From NCBI GenBank assembly GCA_963663405.2, contig CAXXSM010000053.1, positions 96,001-160,000 of the forward strand: DNA of 64,000 nucleotides. Reading direction: 5' to 3'. How positions within the stretch are numbered: position 1 is the first letter of the stretch; each line of letters begins with the position of its first letter. This DNA comes from a bacterium (lineage in GTDB: Bacteria > Hinthialibacterota > Hinthialibacteria > Hinthialibacterales > Hinthialibacteraceae). The position numbers were made by a program, and so were the translations under genes. Under the pieces are notes generated by a model. It was not told the origin of the DNA. It ran no database searches and worked only from the letters and a program-made list of their open reading frames with translations. Below, piece by piece: positions 37,556 to 47,117 of this stretch.

Positions 37556-40500
37556 TTCACGCGTTCGTGGGCCTGAAAAGACGGCGACACAGCGGAATGG
37601 CCATTGGGAAAATAGGGTTCCAAAGCGGCCACCAGATCCGCCCGGATCTGATAAATCTCTTCCTCCCCAAGATTGTCAAACGAACGGTCCCAATTGCCAT
37701 CGCTGTATTTTGAAAGCAGAGTTTCAGTTACCCGAAGACGGTTCCAACCATCCTGCCCCGCAAGCAGATTCGCCAATTCGATAATCTGCTGCGCCTGCCG
37801 CATCATCTTGACGCGCAGGCTCATAATCGGTCCTTCATACCGGCCAAAACCAGGAACGTTTTGACCTGAATAAATCGTTGAGAGAGTCTCGGCGTTTGAC
37901 CAGCTCGTCTGGAAATTATCCCAATAGGGCAAACCGCCATCGAGGCCCTGCGCCCACGCTTGCAAAAACCGCCGCGCGTGAAGAACGCCTAACTCCGTTG
38001 GAGCCGGGCCGCCCCCATACCAGACCCACCTCTCCCCATTCTCCAGCATCGTGTTCCGGTAACGAAGATGGGGCCAGTGCCAGTTTGATGCGCCCTGGTT
38101 CATCACATACCAATTAATGAGATTGTCCAACCGCCCATAATTCTGTCCCCAGCGGTCGCTGATATCGATACGCCAATGCCACCGCACGTTCGGAGCCTGT
38201 GCCAGCGCCGCCCCTTCGCGGTACAGTGTATGGAAGAATCCCACCGCCCGGAAATCATCGCCAGTCGAACATTCTTCCAAAATCCACAACGCGGCGCAAT
38301 TGTTGTAGTAATATTTATGATTCAAGTAAATCTGAAAGTACGTCCGGTTCCATCCTTTCGCTTCGGCGTGCTCGAACCATTCCTTCACGACATTGCGTAC
38401 GCCTTGCTTGTACTCTTCGGTAAACGACGTAAGCGCGTCGGGCGCGTCTGTCCAAAACGCGTTTGAATTCGAGTCGATCAATTGATTCCAATACGCGCCC
38501 CCCTCTCCCACCCGCGTCGAAACCATAGTTAGCGTCAAGCACATGAATCGGCCAGGATTCAAAAAACGTCGTGTAAAACGTGCTGACGGGCGTGTTCATC
38601 CCCGGACCTGTATAAGGACTGCCCGGCGTGTCCGGCGAAAAAGCCGAACCATCGAATAACGAGCCGTAGTGATCGTCAAACGTAGACCAATCATCAATAC
38701 GCTGTCCACTTCCCTCACCCGTCAGCGTAGGCGCGCGGTCAGATGTAACGCTTGCGCTCCAACCATAGGGAAGCGTATTGAGTGACATCCGGTGTTTCTG
38801 ACACGCCTGAAACCATTTAAGGCGTGTCTGGTCAGCGTTCCCGTAATCCCATTTGTTTCCATAACCGTTCAGATCGATGATAAAACTCAACTCGTCAGGG
38901 ATTTCGATGGGACTGACCTGAAGTGTAAGGAGAATCAAAACGGGCGCGCTCAATTCATTCGCGTTGACTTTGATTTTTCCAAAATACAGACCGGTTCGCG
39001 CGGTCTTAGGCGTATAAATATCAAACCAAATGGATTGATTTACACCGGATGGATTGTGATCGCGATCTGGAATCGAAAACACAGTGGGGAAAGGCGGTGT
39101 TAATGGGATGGCCGCGTCAGGATACCAGGTAGTGTTGGCTTTTACGTAATGCGCGAGAAACGCCTCTACATAGGGATAAGAGGGAATCACAGCGTTGTCT
39201 GGCCCCTTCTTCAAATCGCTGACCGCAATCTGGACGTTCGTGAGGGTATCGACTGTACGTTCCAAGACCAGCTGGAATCCAACCATCTCGTTGCGGCAGG
39301 CGGATAGGCTGATCGTATTACTTCCCGCGTCCCAAACCGCATTCGTTTTTTTGTATTCATCCGATCCTCTGCGCGCGTATCCATCTTCGATCCGGTTCCC
39401 TGTGACAGGATTCACCTTCGTGACTTCTGAACACGCCCAATAGCGCATGATCCCTTCCACCGTGGAGATCGCAGCGCCGCTCGAATCCGGAATGGAAAAG
39501 GCGCCGTCCGGCAGTGTTGAAACAGGGCGCGCCGCGGGCACAGTGAACGTCGCTATTTTGGTTGAACCTTCATTTCCCGCGCGATCGTACGCTCGAATAA
39601 AGACATGCTGAGCGCTTCCCTGAGTTAACTCTTCGATCAAGATTTTCTGCCGTGCGCCAGGTTTAGCGGGCCGGGGAATTCGCCATTGGGCGATGTCCTC
39701 CGCTGATTCAAAATCCGCCGATTCAGAAACGCGGACTCTATACCCAAACGCCGTCTCCGCTTGTGGATCTTCAGGCGCGGTGAAAGAAACAATGATCTCT
39801 CCATCCAATGGCCCCGGCTCCACTTCTAATGATTCCACTTCACCGGGCGGCTGCGTGTCTCGTTCCGGCGCGAATTGGATCAATAATCGGGGAGCCACAG
39901 TGTTGTTTTGATCCTTGGTATACACACGGGGATTGTCGTAGTTATACCCTCGTGGGTCCGTTACAGCCAATCCGTATTGATCGAGTGCAAGCGCGTAGAC
40001 GAGATCCGGATCGAGTTTCATTCGTATCCAAGTGTTTCCCCCGGATGTGTATTCCTCAAACGTCCCGCTTGCTTTATACCCATAGGAAACCAGAGAACCG
40101 AAATTTCCAAACGCGGCGGCGGAAAAATCGCTGTGAGTGAACGTCCATTCATCTTCCGGATTTGGATTGTTCGTATCCGTGGGCCGCCTCCTCCAACGCC
40201 AGCAGGCTTCCCCCCGCCTTCGCTTCGCCTCCCCCCGTGGAGCCTTCGTTCCAATCCGCGTTTATAGTTGACGCGGCAAGGGCGAAAACAGGAGTCGTAT
40301 CCGCTCTTGCCAAACGCAGTTCCGCGTCAAGAATCGTACGGCCGCGATAGAGCGTAAGATCAAATTTTAATCCCGTGATATCTTGATACCCTTTCAAACG
40401 TGTGCGCTGACTCGCCCCAAAATTCAAGAGCCATTCTTCCTGCCCCCCCGGCCCGCTGTACCAGCTGAACTGATTGTCGCCGACACATAACACGGTTTCC

Positions 40501-40606
40501 ACATCATCCGCGTCAGCGTCCAACCATTCCGCCGCATGACTCCAAGGCGTGGCGAAAATGAATAGGCAAAGAATCCAAATCATGATTATCAACGTAATGA
40601 AGACAT
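37552..40606 (-). CDS. Large secreted protein with DNRLRE-like, FN3 and GH123/DUF4091-like modules; frameshifted at C6 runs 40210-40215 and 38498-38503 and possibly near the start
   Basis: Removing one base from each run joins three ORFs into about 1010 aa; DTQPPGEV...FIRAYDRAGN is FN3; RNEMVGFQL and SLRVKMMRQAQQ are GH123-like. Confidence 0.65.
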
Positions 40607-40761
40607 AATTTTCCCTTCAATATACTTAAAATCATTAGTTATACTAAACGCGGTCATAAACTGCGTTTCTCGTTTACCAAAAACCAGCCCATTGATAGCA
40701 TATACGTGAATCGAAAAGATATAATTATGACACTTGTTTTAGAATTGGAACAAAAAAACAA

Positions 40762-40847
40762 GGGTGCCCAGGGCAAGGCTTTTTTCTGCCCTGGCTACGT
40801 TCCGGAAATTATGCAAGGGGAGAAAAAAAACCTTCCCCTTGCTACCC
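40762..40847. repeat. Inverted doublet of REP-like family C (REPIN-like)
   Basis: gggtgcccagggcaaggcttttttctgccctgg (40762-40794) and an inverted copy at 40813-40847; third copy at 45102. Confidence 0.8.
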
Positions 40848-40899
40848 AGCTGCTTGATATATACCCTGCACGATCGTAATCTGTGTTTCTCATTTTCAT

Positions 40900-41001
40900 T
40901 TGTCTGAATCAAGATGGTCAGGATATCGAGGATAAACAAGATAAATGATTACATCGGCATCCTGATGATCCTTCCAATCTTGGGTATCCTGATTCAAACA
41001 A
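40900..41001. repeat. MITE/REPIN-like family D element with terminal inverted repeats
   Basis: TTGTCTGAATCAAGAT ... ATCCTGATTCAAACAA ends, with internal caggat/atcctg iterations. Confidence 0.65.
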
Positions 41002-41092
41002 TAATAGTCTATCACTCAATTTGCATACCGTCAGAATAAAACAATCCAAATGGCTGCTCCACGGTTTCACCACATTCTTACCTTGAAAAGGA

Positions 41093-41121
41093 TTGACAGG
41101 AAAGCTTTTCATGGGAAAAAT
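41093..41121 (+). promoter_or_regulatory. Putative sigma70 promoter for cutC
   Basis: TTGACA-17 bp-AAAAAT. Confidence 0.35.
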
Positions 41122-41167
41122 CTGGAAATCGGAAAGAAACAATGAATAACTGTGAGCGTGAAGAAAA

Positions 41168-41925
41168 ATGAATCCCATTGCGATCGAAGTCTGTATCAAT
41201 TCCGTTGATTCCGCCATCGCGGCGCAGGAAGGCGGCGCGCAGCGGGTCGAACTCTGTGATAATCTATATGAAGGCGGCACGACGCCAAGCGCGGGTTGCG
41301 TTGAACTCACTCGCCAGCGTATCACGATCGGCCTCCATGTGATTATCCGCCCACGAGGCGCCGACTTCTGCTATTCTCCCCTCGAATTTGAAATCATGAA
41401 ACGAGACATCGCCATCGTGAAAGACCTCGGCGCCGATGGGATTGTATTCGGGATTCTAAAATCAGACGGCGCCGTAGATGTGGAACGTTCCCAAGAGATC
41501 GTTGAACTCGCCCGGCCGATGAGCGTCACGTTCCATCGCGCCTTCGATATGACGCCCGATCCTATCCAGGCTCTGAATGATATTATCCCACTTGGTGTGG
41601 ATCGCATTCTCACATCCGGCCAGGCGAATAAAGCCATCGATGGCGCCGGCTGTATCGCGGATCTTGTCGCGGAAGCCAATGGGCGGACTATCATCATGCC
41701 GGTGGTGGCGTTAACGAAGAGAATATCGACACGCTTCTTTGGAAAACCGGCGCGAAGGAATTTCACGTCACTGGGCGGAAATCCATCGAAAGCGTCATGA
41801 CATACCGCAATCCGAACGTCTTCATGGGTGGACTTTCATCCATCCCCGAATATGAAATTGCAGTAACCGACGCCCAACGAATCAAGCGGATCGTCCAAAT
41901 CGCGATCGAGAGTATCATCTCATGA
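41168..41925 (+). CDS. cutC: Copper homeostasis protein CutC; 1-bp frameshift at about 41700
   Basis: EVC, RVELC, GGTTPS, IRPRGADF, TFHRAFD and RILTSG motifs; one added base restores IMPGGGV...EFH...YRNPNVFMG to TGA 41925 (252 aa). Confidence 0.92.
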
Positions 41926-41961
41926 ATGATTAATTTTTGTATACGCGAAAGGAGAAAGTAG

Positions 41962-42971
41962 ATGCGGAGAGTACTAGTTGTTTTTGTATTCATGTTGACG
42001 CTGACGTTTCAAACAAACGCGGCGGAAGAAACAAACGTTCCCGTCATGGGCAATTGGCAAGGTGAATTCACCAGCCAGGATGATAAAGACATGTCCATCC
42101 GCGCCCAGATCGTGGGAGAAAGCTCGGACACATACCGGGCGATCATTTTTGTGGCCAGTGAAGAGGGTGAAGAACGCTCGGTTACCATCAAAGGCAAAAC
42201 CACTAAAGGCGTAACGCATTTTGAAGGTGATGTGAACTTCGGACCGGATTGGGCTCTTATACCATCACCGGCGATTGCGCCAAAGGCGTCTTCAATGGCG
42301 CGTACACTGGAGACGAACGCGAAGGGACATTCGTCCTGAAACGTGTCCTGCTCAAGTCCCCCACACTGGGCCTCAAACCACCGGAAGGCGCAGTCGTTCT
42401 CCTTGATCCAGCTGATAAAGGGCCTGATATTGATGAGACCGTTTGGAACGTCCCCAAACGATGGCGGAAATCTAGTGATGGCGCGGCGCGTATTTCCGGT
42501 GGTTCTATGTGGACTCATAAAACATTCGGCGACGCCCAGATTCATTATGAATTCAGCACTCCTTATATGCCGAACGACCGCGGACAAGCCAGAGGCAACA
42601 GTGGTTTTTACATCCAAGGCCGTTATGAGATCCAAGTCTTAGATAGTTACACAGATATACCGGCCAATAACCTCTGCGGCGGCATCTACCAAATTGCGAC
42701 TCCATTGGTCAACGCCTGCCTGCCCCCTACGGAAATTCAAACATACGATATCACGTTCTACGCCCCCCGCTTCGACGAGAACGGCCAAAAAATCAAAAAC
42801 GCCGAACTTACGGTCGTTCACAATGGAAAAACCATCCACGATAAATTAAGCCTGCCACGCGCCACCCCCGGAGGGCTCAGCACAAAAGAAGCGCCCGAAG
42901 GAGCGATTCTATTACAAGATCATGGCGATGGTGTCGGTCACCACTATCTCTGGGTAAAACCCCTTGACTGA
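41962..42971 (+). CDS. Secreted DUF1080 (3-keto-disaccharide hydrolase) family protein; 1-bp frameshift at about 42249
   Basis: Signal peptide in the first ORF; RGNSGFYIQGRYEIQVLDS and LLQDHG in the second ORF. Confidence 0.85.
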
Positions 42972-42998
42972 TCGTTCGAATATCTTTATACATTGCTT

Positions 42999-43045
42999 TG
43001 TCCCGTAGGGACATTATACAATCGCCCAGCCTTTCAAGGCTGGGC
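42999..43045. repeat. REP-like family B element
   Basis: tgtcccgtagggaca ... gcccagcctttcaaggctgggc; matches 20334-20380. Confidence 0.85.
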
Positions 43046-43195
43046 GCTTTCCTTTCCAAGACTTTCTGCAATATGGCTTACCTATTTTAAAATTTATAAA
43101 AAAATTGAAAACAATGAAATAAATCTCCTTCCAATTTCTTATATAAGAGTGATATCATATTGATATTCAAATCATATCGAATGAGGTGAAGAGAA

Positions 43196-44083
43196 ATGGT
43201 CAATGAGATTGATACAAAAGCGAAGTCGGGATGGACTTTTCTGGTGGTTACGATTGTGGTGTTTGGGCTGACGGTTTGGTTGATCGTATCGGGAGCGTTT
43301 AATCTCGCGCATCGAGAATTTCCCTGGTACTGGGTAGGCGGTTTACCATCCCTGATCACATTCATTCTTCTCTGCTGTGGATTTTATATCCTGCAGCCGA
43401 ATGAGGCGGGCGCGTTGATCCTATTTGGCCATTATCAGGGTACGGTGAAAGAGAACGGCTTCTGCTGGCGCAATCCCTTCACAACCGTCAAGAAAATCTC
43501 TCTACGGGCGAGAAATTTGAATGGTGAAAAATTAAAGGTCAACGATAAATCGGGCAATCCGATTGAAATCGCCGCCGTCGTGGTGTGGAAAGTGAAGAAC
43601 ACCGCCCAAGCGCTCTTCGAAGTGGATAATTATGAAGAATACGTGGATACGCAGAGCGAAGCCGCCATGCGCCGCTTAGCTGGTCTCTATCCCTACGATA
43701 CCAATGAGGCGGAGGAAAACGAAATCTCCCTGCGCGAAGGAACAGACGAAGTCAACGTCGAACTGACCAAAGAGTTACAGGAGCGCCTCGGACGCGCTGG
43801 GGTGATCGTTGAGGAAGCCCGGATCAGTCATCTCGCCTACGCGCCGGAAATCGCTGGAGCGATGCTGCGCCGTCAGCAGGCCCAAGCGGTAATCGCCGCC
43901 CGGAAGAAAATCGTGGAAGGCGCCGTCACCATGGTCGAAATGGCCCTCGATGAACTGAGCGCTAAACAAGTTGTCGAATTGGATGAAGAACGCAAAGCCA
44001 TGATGGTCAGCAACCTGCTTGTCGTTCTTTGCGGAGAGGAATCGGCCCATCCGGTCGTGAATACAGGCACGCTCTATCATTAG
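43196..44083 (+). CDS. SPFH/band 7 domain membrane protein
   Basis: 2 TM; [36 protein letters not shown] and VSNLLVVLC motifs. Confidence 0.92.
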   Translation: MVNEIDTKAKSGWTFLVVTIVVFGLTVWLIVSGAFNLAHREFPWYWVGGLPSLITFILLCCGFYILQPNEAGALILFGHYQGTVKENGFCWRNPFTTVKKISLRARNLNGEKLKVNDKSGNPIEIAAVVVWKVKNTAQALFEVDNYEEYVDTQSEAAMRRLAGLYPYDTNEAEENEISLREGTDEVNVELTKELQERLGRAGVIVEEARISHLAYAPEIAGAMLRRQQAQAVIAARKKIVEGAVTMVEMALDELSAKQVVELDEERKAMMVSNLLVVLCGEESAHPVVNTGTLYH

Positions 44084-44173
44084 TCCGATCATACAATGAT
44101 TAAAAAAAAGGGAGGGCGATTTCCGATTCTCATCGAATTGGATCTTCGCCCTCTCCATATATTAAAAAAAAAC

Positions 44174-44368
44174 ATGGCGAAACGAAAATCTTTTCTTCTT
44201 CGATTGGATCCCAAGTTGTGGGACGAACTCAACATCTGGGCGCAAAGCGAACTCCGAAGCGTTAACGGCCAGATCGAGTTCCTTTTACGTGAAGCCATTA
44301 AGAAGAGAAAGAAATCGTTTACGAGTAGACCGGACGAAAAAATTAAGGAGTGGAAAAAGGAAGATTGA
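44174..44368 (+). CDS. Arc-like ribbon-helix-helix DNA-binding protein
   Basis: KSFLLRLDP..W....WA..ELRSVNGQIEFLL; usual partner of this SPFH subfamily. Confidence 0.88.
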   Translation: MAKRKSFLLRLDPKLWDELNIWAQSELRSVNGQIEFLLREAIKKRKKSFTSRPDEKIKEWKKED

Positions 44369-44428
44369 AATCCGAATTCATTTGAACAAGCGTCTGTCTA
44401 AGGGAGGAATGATTTTAACTTTATTTAT

Positions 44429-44459
44429 AAGGGGCGCCGTTTCGTGCGCCCCTTTTTTT
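44429..44459 (+). terminator. Rho-independent terminator
   Basis: aaggggcgc-cgtttcgt-gcgcccc followed by a T-tract. Confidence 0.75.
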
Positions 44460-44595
44460 AGTTATTTGTTCGTTTAGAATATACCCACTGACACTGGACA
44501 TCATTGACTCTATCACCAGAATTTAAGAAAAAACAATGAGACGTCTTTTCTCGTTTTTCATGAAAAAATCGGATCATTAGAAACAAGGTGAGATC

Positions 44596-45090
44596 ATGAG
44601 CGTACGAAGTGTTTGTATCGGATTCGTTCTAGCCTTCGCGAATTTATTCATGCTGTTTGTATTTCATTTATTCATCGATGACGGCGCGTCCAGCGCGCAC
44701 GGATTACTTACGACTTGGTATGGCCGCGTATTTGCGCATATCCTTGTCTACCTCTTGTTCTTCTCCCCTTATATCCTTTTTTTCACAGCGTTGAAAGTAT
44801 GGAAGCGGTTTGCTCGAACGCCCTATTTATTTTCGAATCCTTGGGAGCCGTTGATTGTGATAACCACGGGAATTTCTCTCCTTTTCCTCGCCATGATCCC
44901 CTGGCGTTACTTCAATCCAGAAATCCTGCCGGTATCAATTCTCTTCGCTGAATACTTCATTCCATTCACATTCTTCAACGCCATCCCCGTCTACTTCGCC
45001 GCCATCCTTTACGGGAATTACAAAGTCAAATCCGCTTACCTAGGCTGCGCCGAATCCGAATTCACAGAACCATCCCCCTCCACGAAGTAG
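44596..45090 (+). CDS. Hypothetical membrane protein (about 4 TM)
   Basis: 164-aa hydrophobic ORF with AAGGTG RBS. Confidence 0.65.
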   Translation: MSVRSVCIGFVLAFANLFMLFVFHLFIDDGASSAHGLLTTWYGRVFAHILVYLLFFSPYILFFTALKVWKRFARTPYLFSNPWEPLIVITTGISLLFLAMIPWRYFNPEILPVSILFAEYFIPFTFFNAIPVYFAAILYGNYKVKSAYLGCAESEFTEPSPSTK

Positions 45091-45101
45091 AATGAAAGAG
45101 C

Positions 45102-45133
45102 GGGTGGCAAGGGCAAGGCGTTTTCTGCCCTTG
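45102..45133. repeat. REP-like family C copy
   Basis: gggtggcaagggcaaggcgttttctgcccttg, similar to 40762-40794. Confidence 0.8.
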
Positions 45134-45224
45134 TATTATTCTGATGATCTATGAATATGTCTCAACTAAGATTGTCGTGTATTCGCAGTCTAAATGATGG
45201 TTAGAAGGCAAGAGAGATGAGATA

Positions 45225-45821
45225 ATGATTAAGAAGAAATCCGACTATGGCTATGAGTATCTCCTGGTTTTTGGAATTATCATCGTGGGTGCAATCATGT
45301 TAAATAAGGAATCCCCTTCGCCTAATCAGACACAGCCTACAACTCCTATACCATCCATTACCATTCCTAGAATCACGGCAAGCCTTTCAATCTTCACGGT
45401 GGATCGGGAGAATGCACAATTCGTTTTCACGCTCCAACTGAGCAATCAGGAGGTCAATGAGATCACGGTTCACGTCGTTGTCTACGGGAAGAATGATATG
45501 TTTTCACCTCCCCGTCGGAGTGCGTGGCCCTTTGCTGGCATACTCTTCCGACAAGCTGGTACTCACCGGGGTGCTTTATCCTCTTCCAGTATCTCCCGAA
45601 ACTGGAGTTCTCGACCAGAAAACACAAAGGGCATGAAACTGGTGCTGAAACCAAATGGAACTGAATCCTTAGAAGGAGCTCTTCCTATCAATGAGACTTG
45701 TCAGCATGATGCTTGGCGAGGCAAGCCACTTGATCCACGTTCAATGTATAATGAGGTTTTCTTTTGGGTTTTCTCACAAAATGGACAACTGATCTACGAG
45801 AAGAAATACGACGTGAACTAA
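45225..45821 (+). CDS. Hypothetical single-TM protein (possible gene cassette)
   Basis: 198 aa; N-terminal TM, Pro/Thr linker, beta-rich domain. Confidence 0.65.
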   Translation: MIKKKSDYGYEYLLVFGIIIVGAIMLNKESPSPNQTQPTTPIPSITIPRITASLSIFTVDRENAQFVFTLQLSNQEVNEITVHVVVYGKNDMFSPPRRSAWPFAGILFRQAGTHRGALSSSSISRNWSSRPENTKGMKLVLKPNGTESLEGALPINETCQHDAWRGKPLDPRSMYNEVFFWVFSQNGQLIYEKKYDVN

Positions 45822-45823
45822 TT

Positions 45824-45887
45824 GTCAAACAACCGCTTCTAAAAATGTTGTAGCGAAACCGCACCAAATCTCGAAGCGAGTGTAGTG
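45824..45887 (+). other. Degenerate attC-like site
   Basis: GTCAAAC-AACCGCTTC ... GAAGCGAGT-GTAG imperfect hairpin directly after the stop codon; both core boxes deviate from consensus. Confidence 0.35.
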
Positions 45888-45914
45888 CACCATCATTACA
45901 GATGTTAGTAAAAA

Positions 45915-45946
45915 GTAGGGTGGTTTAAAAGCGAAGCGTAGCCCAC
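45915..45946. repeat. GTAG-type REP-like sequence (family E)
   Basis: gtagggtggtttaaaagcgaagcgtagcccac resembles GTAG-family REPs; single copy in this window. Confidence 0.5.
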
Positions 45947-45973
45947 AGTAATTCTGGATAATACAAAGCGCGC

Positions 45974-46280
45974 ATGAAACCACAACTAATCGTCATAGCC
46001 GGACCAAACGGCGCCGGGAAAACAACATTCGCTTTGGAACTTCTCGAAGCGCATCCATGCCCATATCTAAGCGTCGACGCCATCGCCGCTGACCTAAATC
46101 CCGAATCGGATGAGAGTGTGCGTCTCAAAGCGGGAAGGATCTTTCTTTAGAAGATTTCAGCGCGAATCCGAAACGCCAAAACCTTCGTTGTTGAATCCAC
46201 GCTAGCCAGATTGACTTTCAGAAACGTGATTGAGAAAGCGCGCGATGTTGGTTATACAATCGAGATTGGTTTGGTTTACC
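45974..46280 (+). pseudogene. Zeta-toxin-like/COG4185 P-loop ATPase pseudogene (in-frame TAG at 46148, 3'-truncated)
   Basis: MKPQLIVIAGPNGAGKTT...SVDAIA...AGRIFL*KIS...FVVESTLA...ARDVGYTIEIGLVY, after which similarity is lost. Confidence 0.8.
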
Positions 46281-46360
46281 CGCCATGTATGTACATATTT
46301 AATGTTAGATTAAAAGGATGGGAAGGACAAGGTTTAAATAACCAATTTGGTATTCACTTA

Positions 46361-46987
46361 TCAATCGTTCAGCATTCCCGCGACTTCTCCACCGTATCGT
46401 ACTATGTCTCCCAAACTGGTAACCCCGTTTGATGGATCGTAGATCTTATCGAGGGGATTTCCTGCGGGAACGTTGCCACCTGTGACGGTCTTGTCGAATC
46501 GTATTTCCAAGGGGGGATGAACACCACCGGAATGAACATGATCAGGGCCTGTCGAATTGAGCGCGAATCCCTGCGGAAATTGGGATACCAATTCTCCCCA
46601 CCGTCCTGATTCGCCTTGTGACCATCGTCCACGATAATTGATCCAAACATAGGTGGGGACACTCGATTCGAAATATTCGATAAACTCCTTGGGATTGAAT
46701 GGATCTTCTACATCCACGCTTGAAATGTATGACACCGGTGTTGTCAATTCGATGACAACCGCCACATAATTCCCGCTCCGGCTTGGCCAGGGATAGGCGT
46801 TGTTATCGAGTTTATACATATCCGAGGCGGTGGCAAGAGATCGCAAATCACTTTTACAGCGGGCCACTTTGGCTCGAACCTGCGCGTTTAAAAAATTCGG
46901 TATGGCGATTGCCGCTAGGATTCCAATAATTGATACAACGATCAGCAGTTCAATTAAAGTAAACGACTGTCTGCTAAACATGTTCAT
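46361..46987 (-). CDS. Prepilin-type N-terminal cleavage/methylation domain protein (paralog of 2800-3468)
   Basis: S^FTLIELLIVVSIIGILAAIAIPNFLNAQVRAK. Confidence 0.9.
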   Translation of the reverse strand: MNMFSRQSFTLIELLIVVSIIGILAAIAIPNFLNAQVRAKVARCKSDLRSLATASDMYKLDNNAYPWPSRSGNYVAVVIELTTPVSYISSVDVEDPFNPKEFIEYFESSVPTYVWINYRGRWSQGESGRWGELVSQFPQGFALNSTGPDHVHSGGVHPPLEIRFDKTVTGGNVPAGNPLDKIYDPSNGVTSLGDIVRYGGEVAGMLND

Positions 46988-47117
46988 GGGAAAATTATCC
47001 TATAAAGATTATTCTCTATCAATCGAGAATTTCATTCACTTCTCTCCTTATCACTTCATATACATGATACGTTTTGACGATTACACAAAAGAATAGCTCT
47101 GCCTTTACGGGCTCTAC

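Noticed and set aside
40018-40254. 78-aa Gly/Arg-rich ORF
   Set aside because: Alternative frame of the frameshifted 37552-40606 gene
20241-45946. Dispersed palindromic repeats considered as CRISPR
   Set aside because: No regularly spaced repeat-spacer array and no cas genes
46148-46150. In-frame TAG considered as pyrrolysine or stop-codon recoding
   Set aside because: The gene is also truncated, and TAG serves as a normal stop elsewhere in the window
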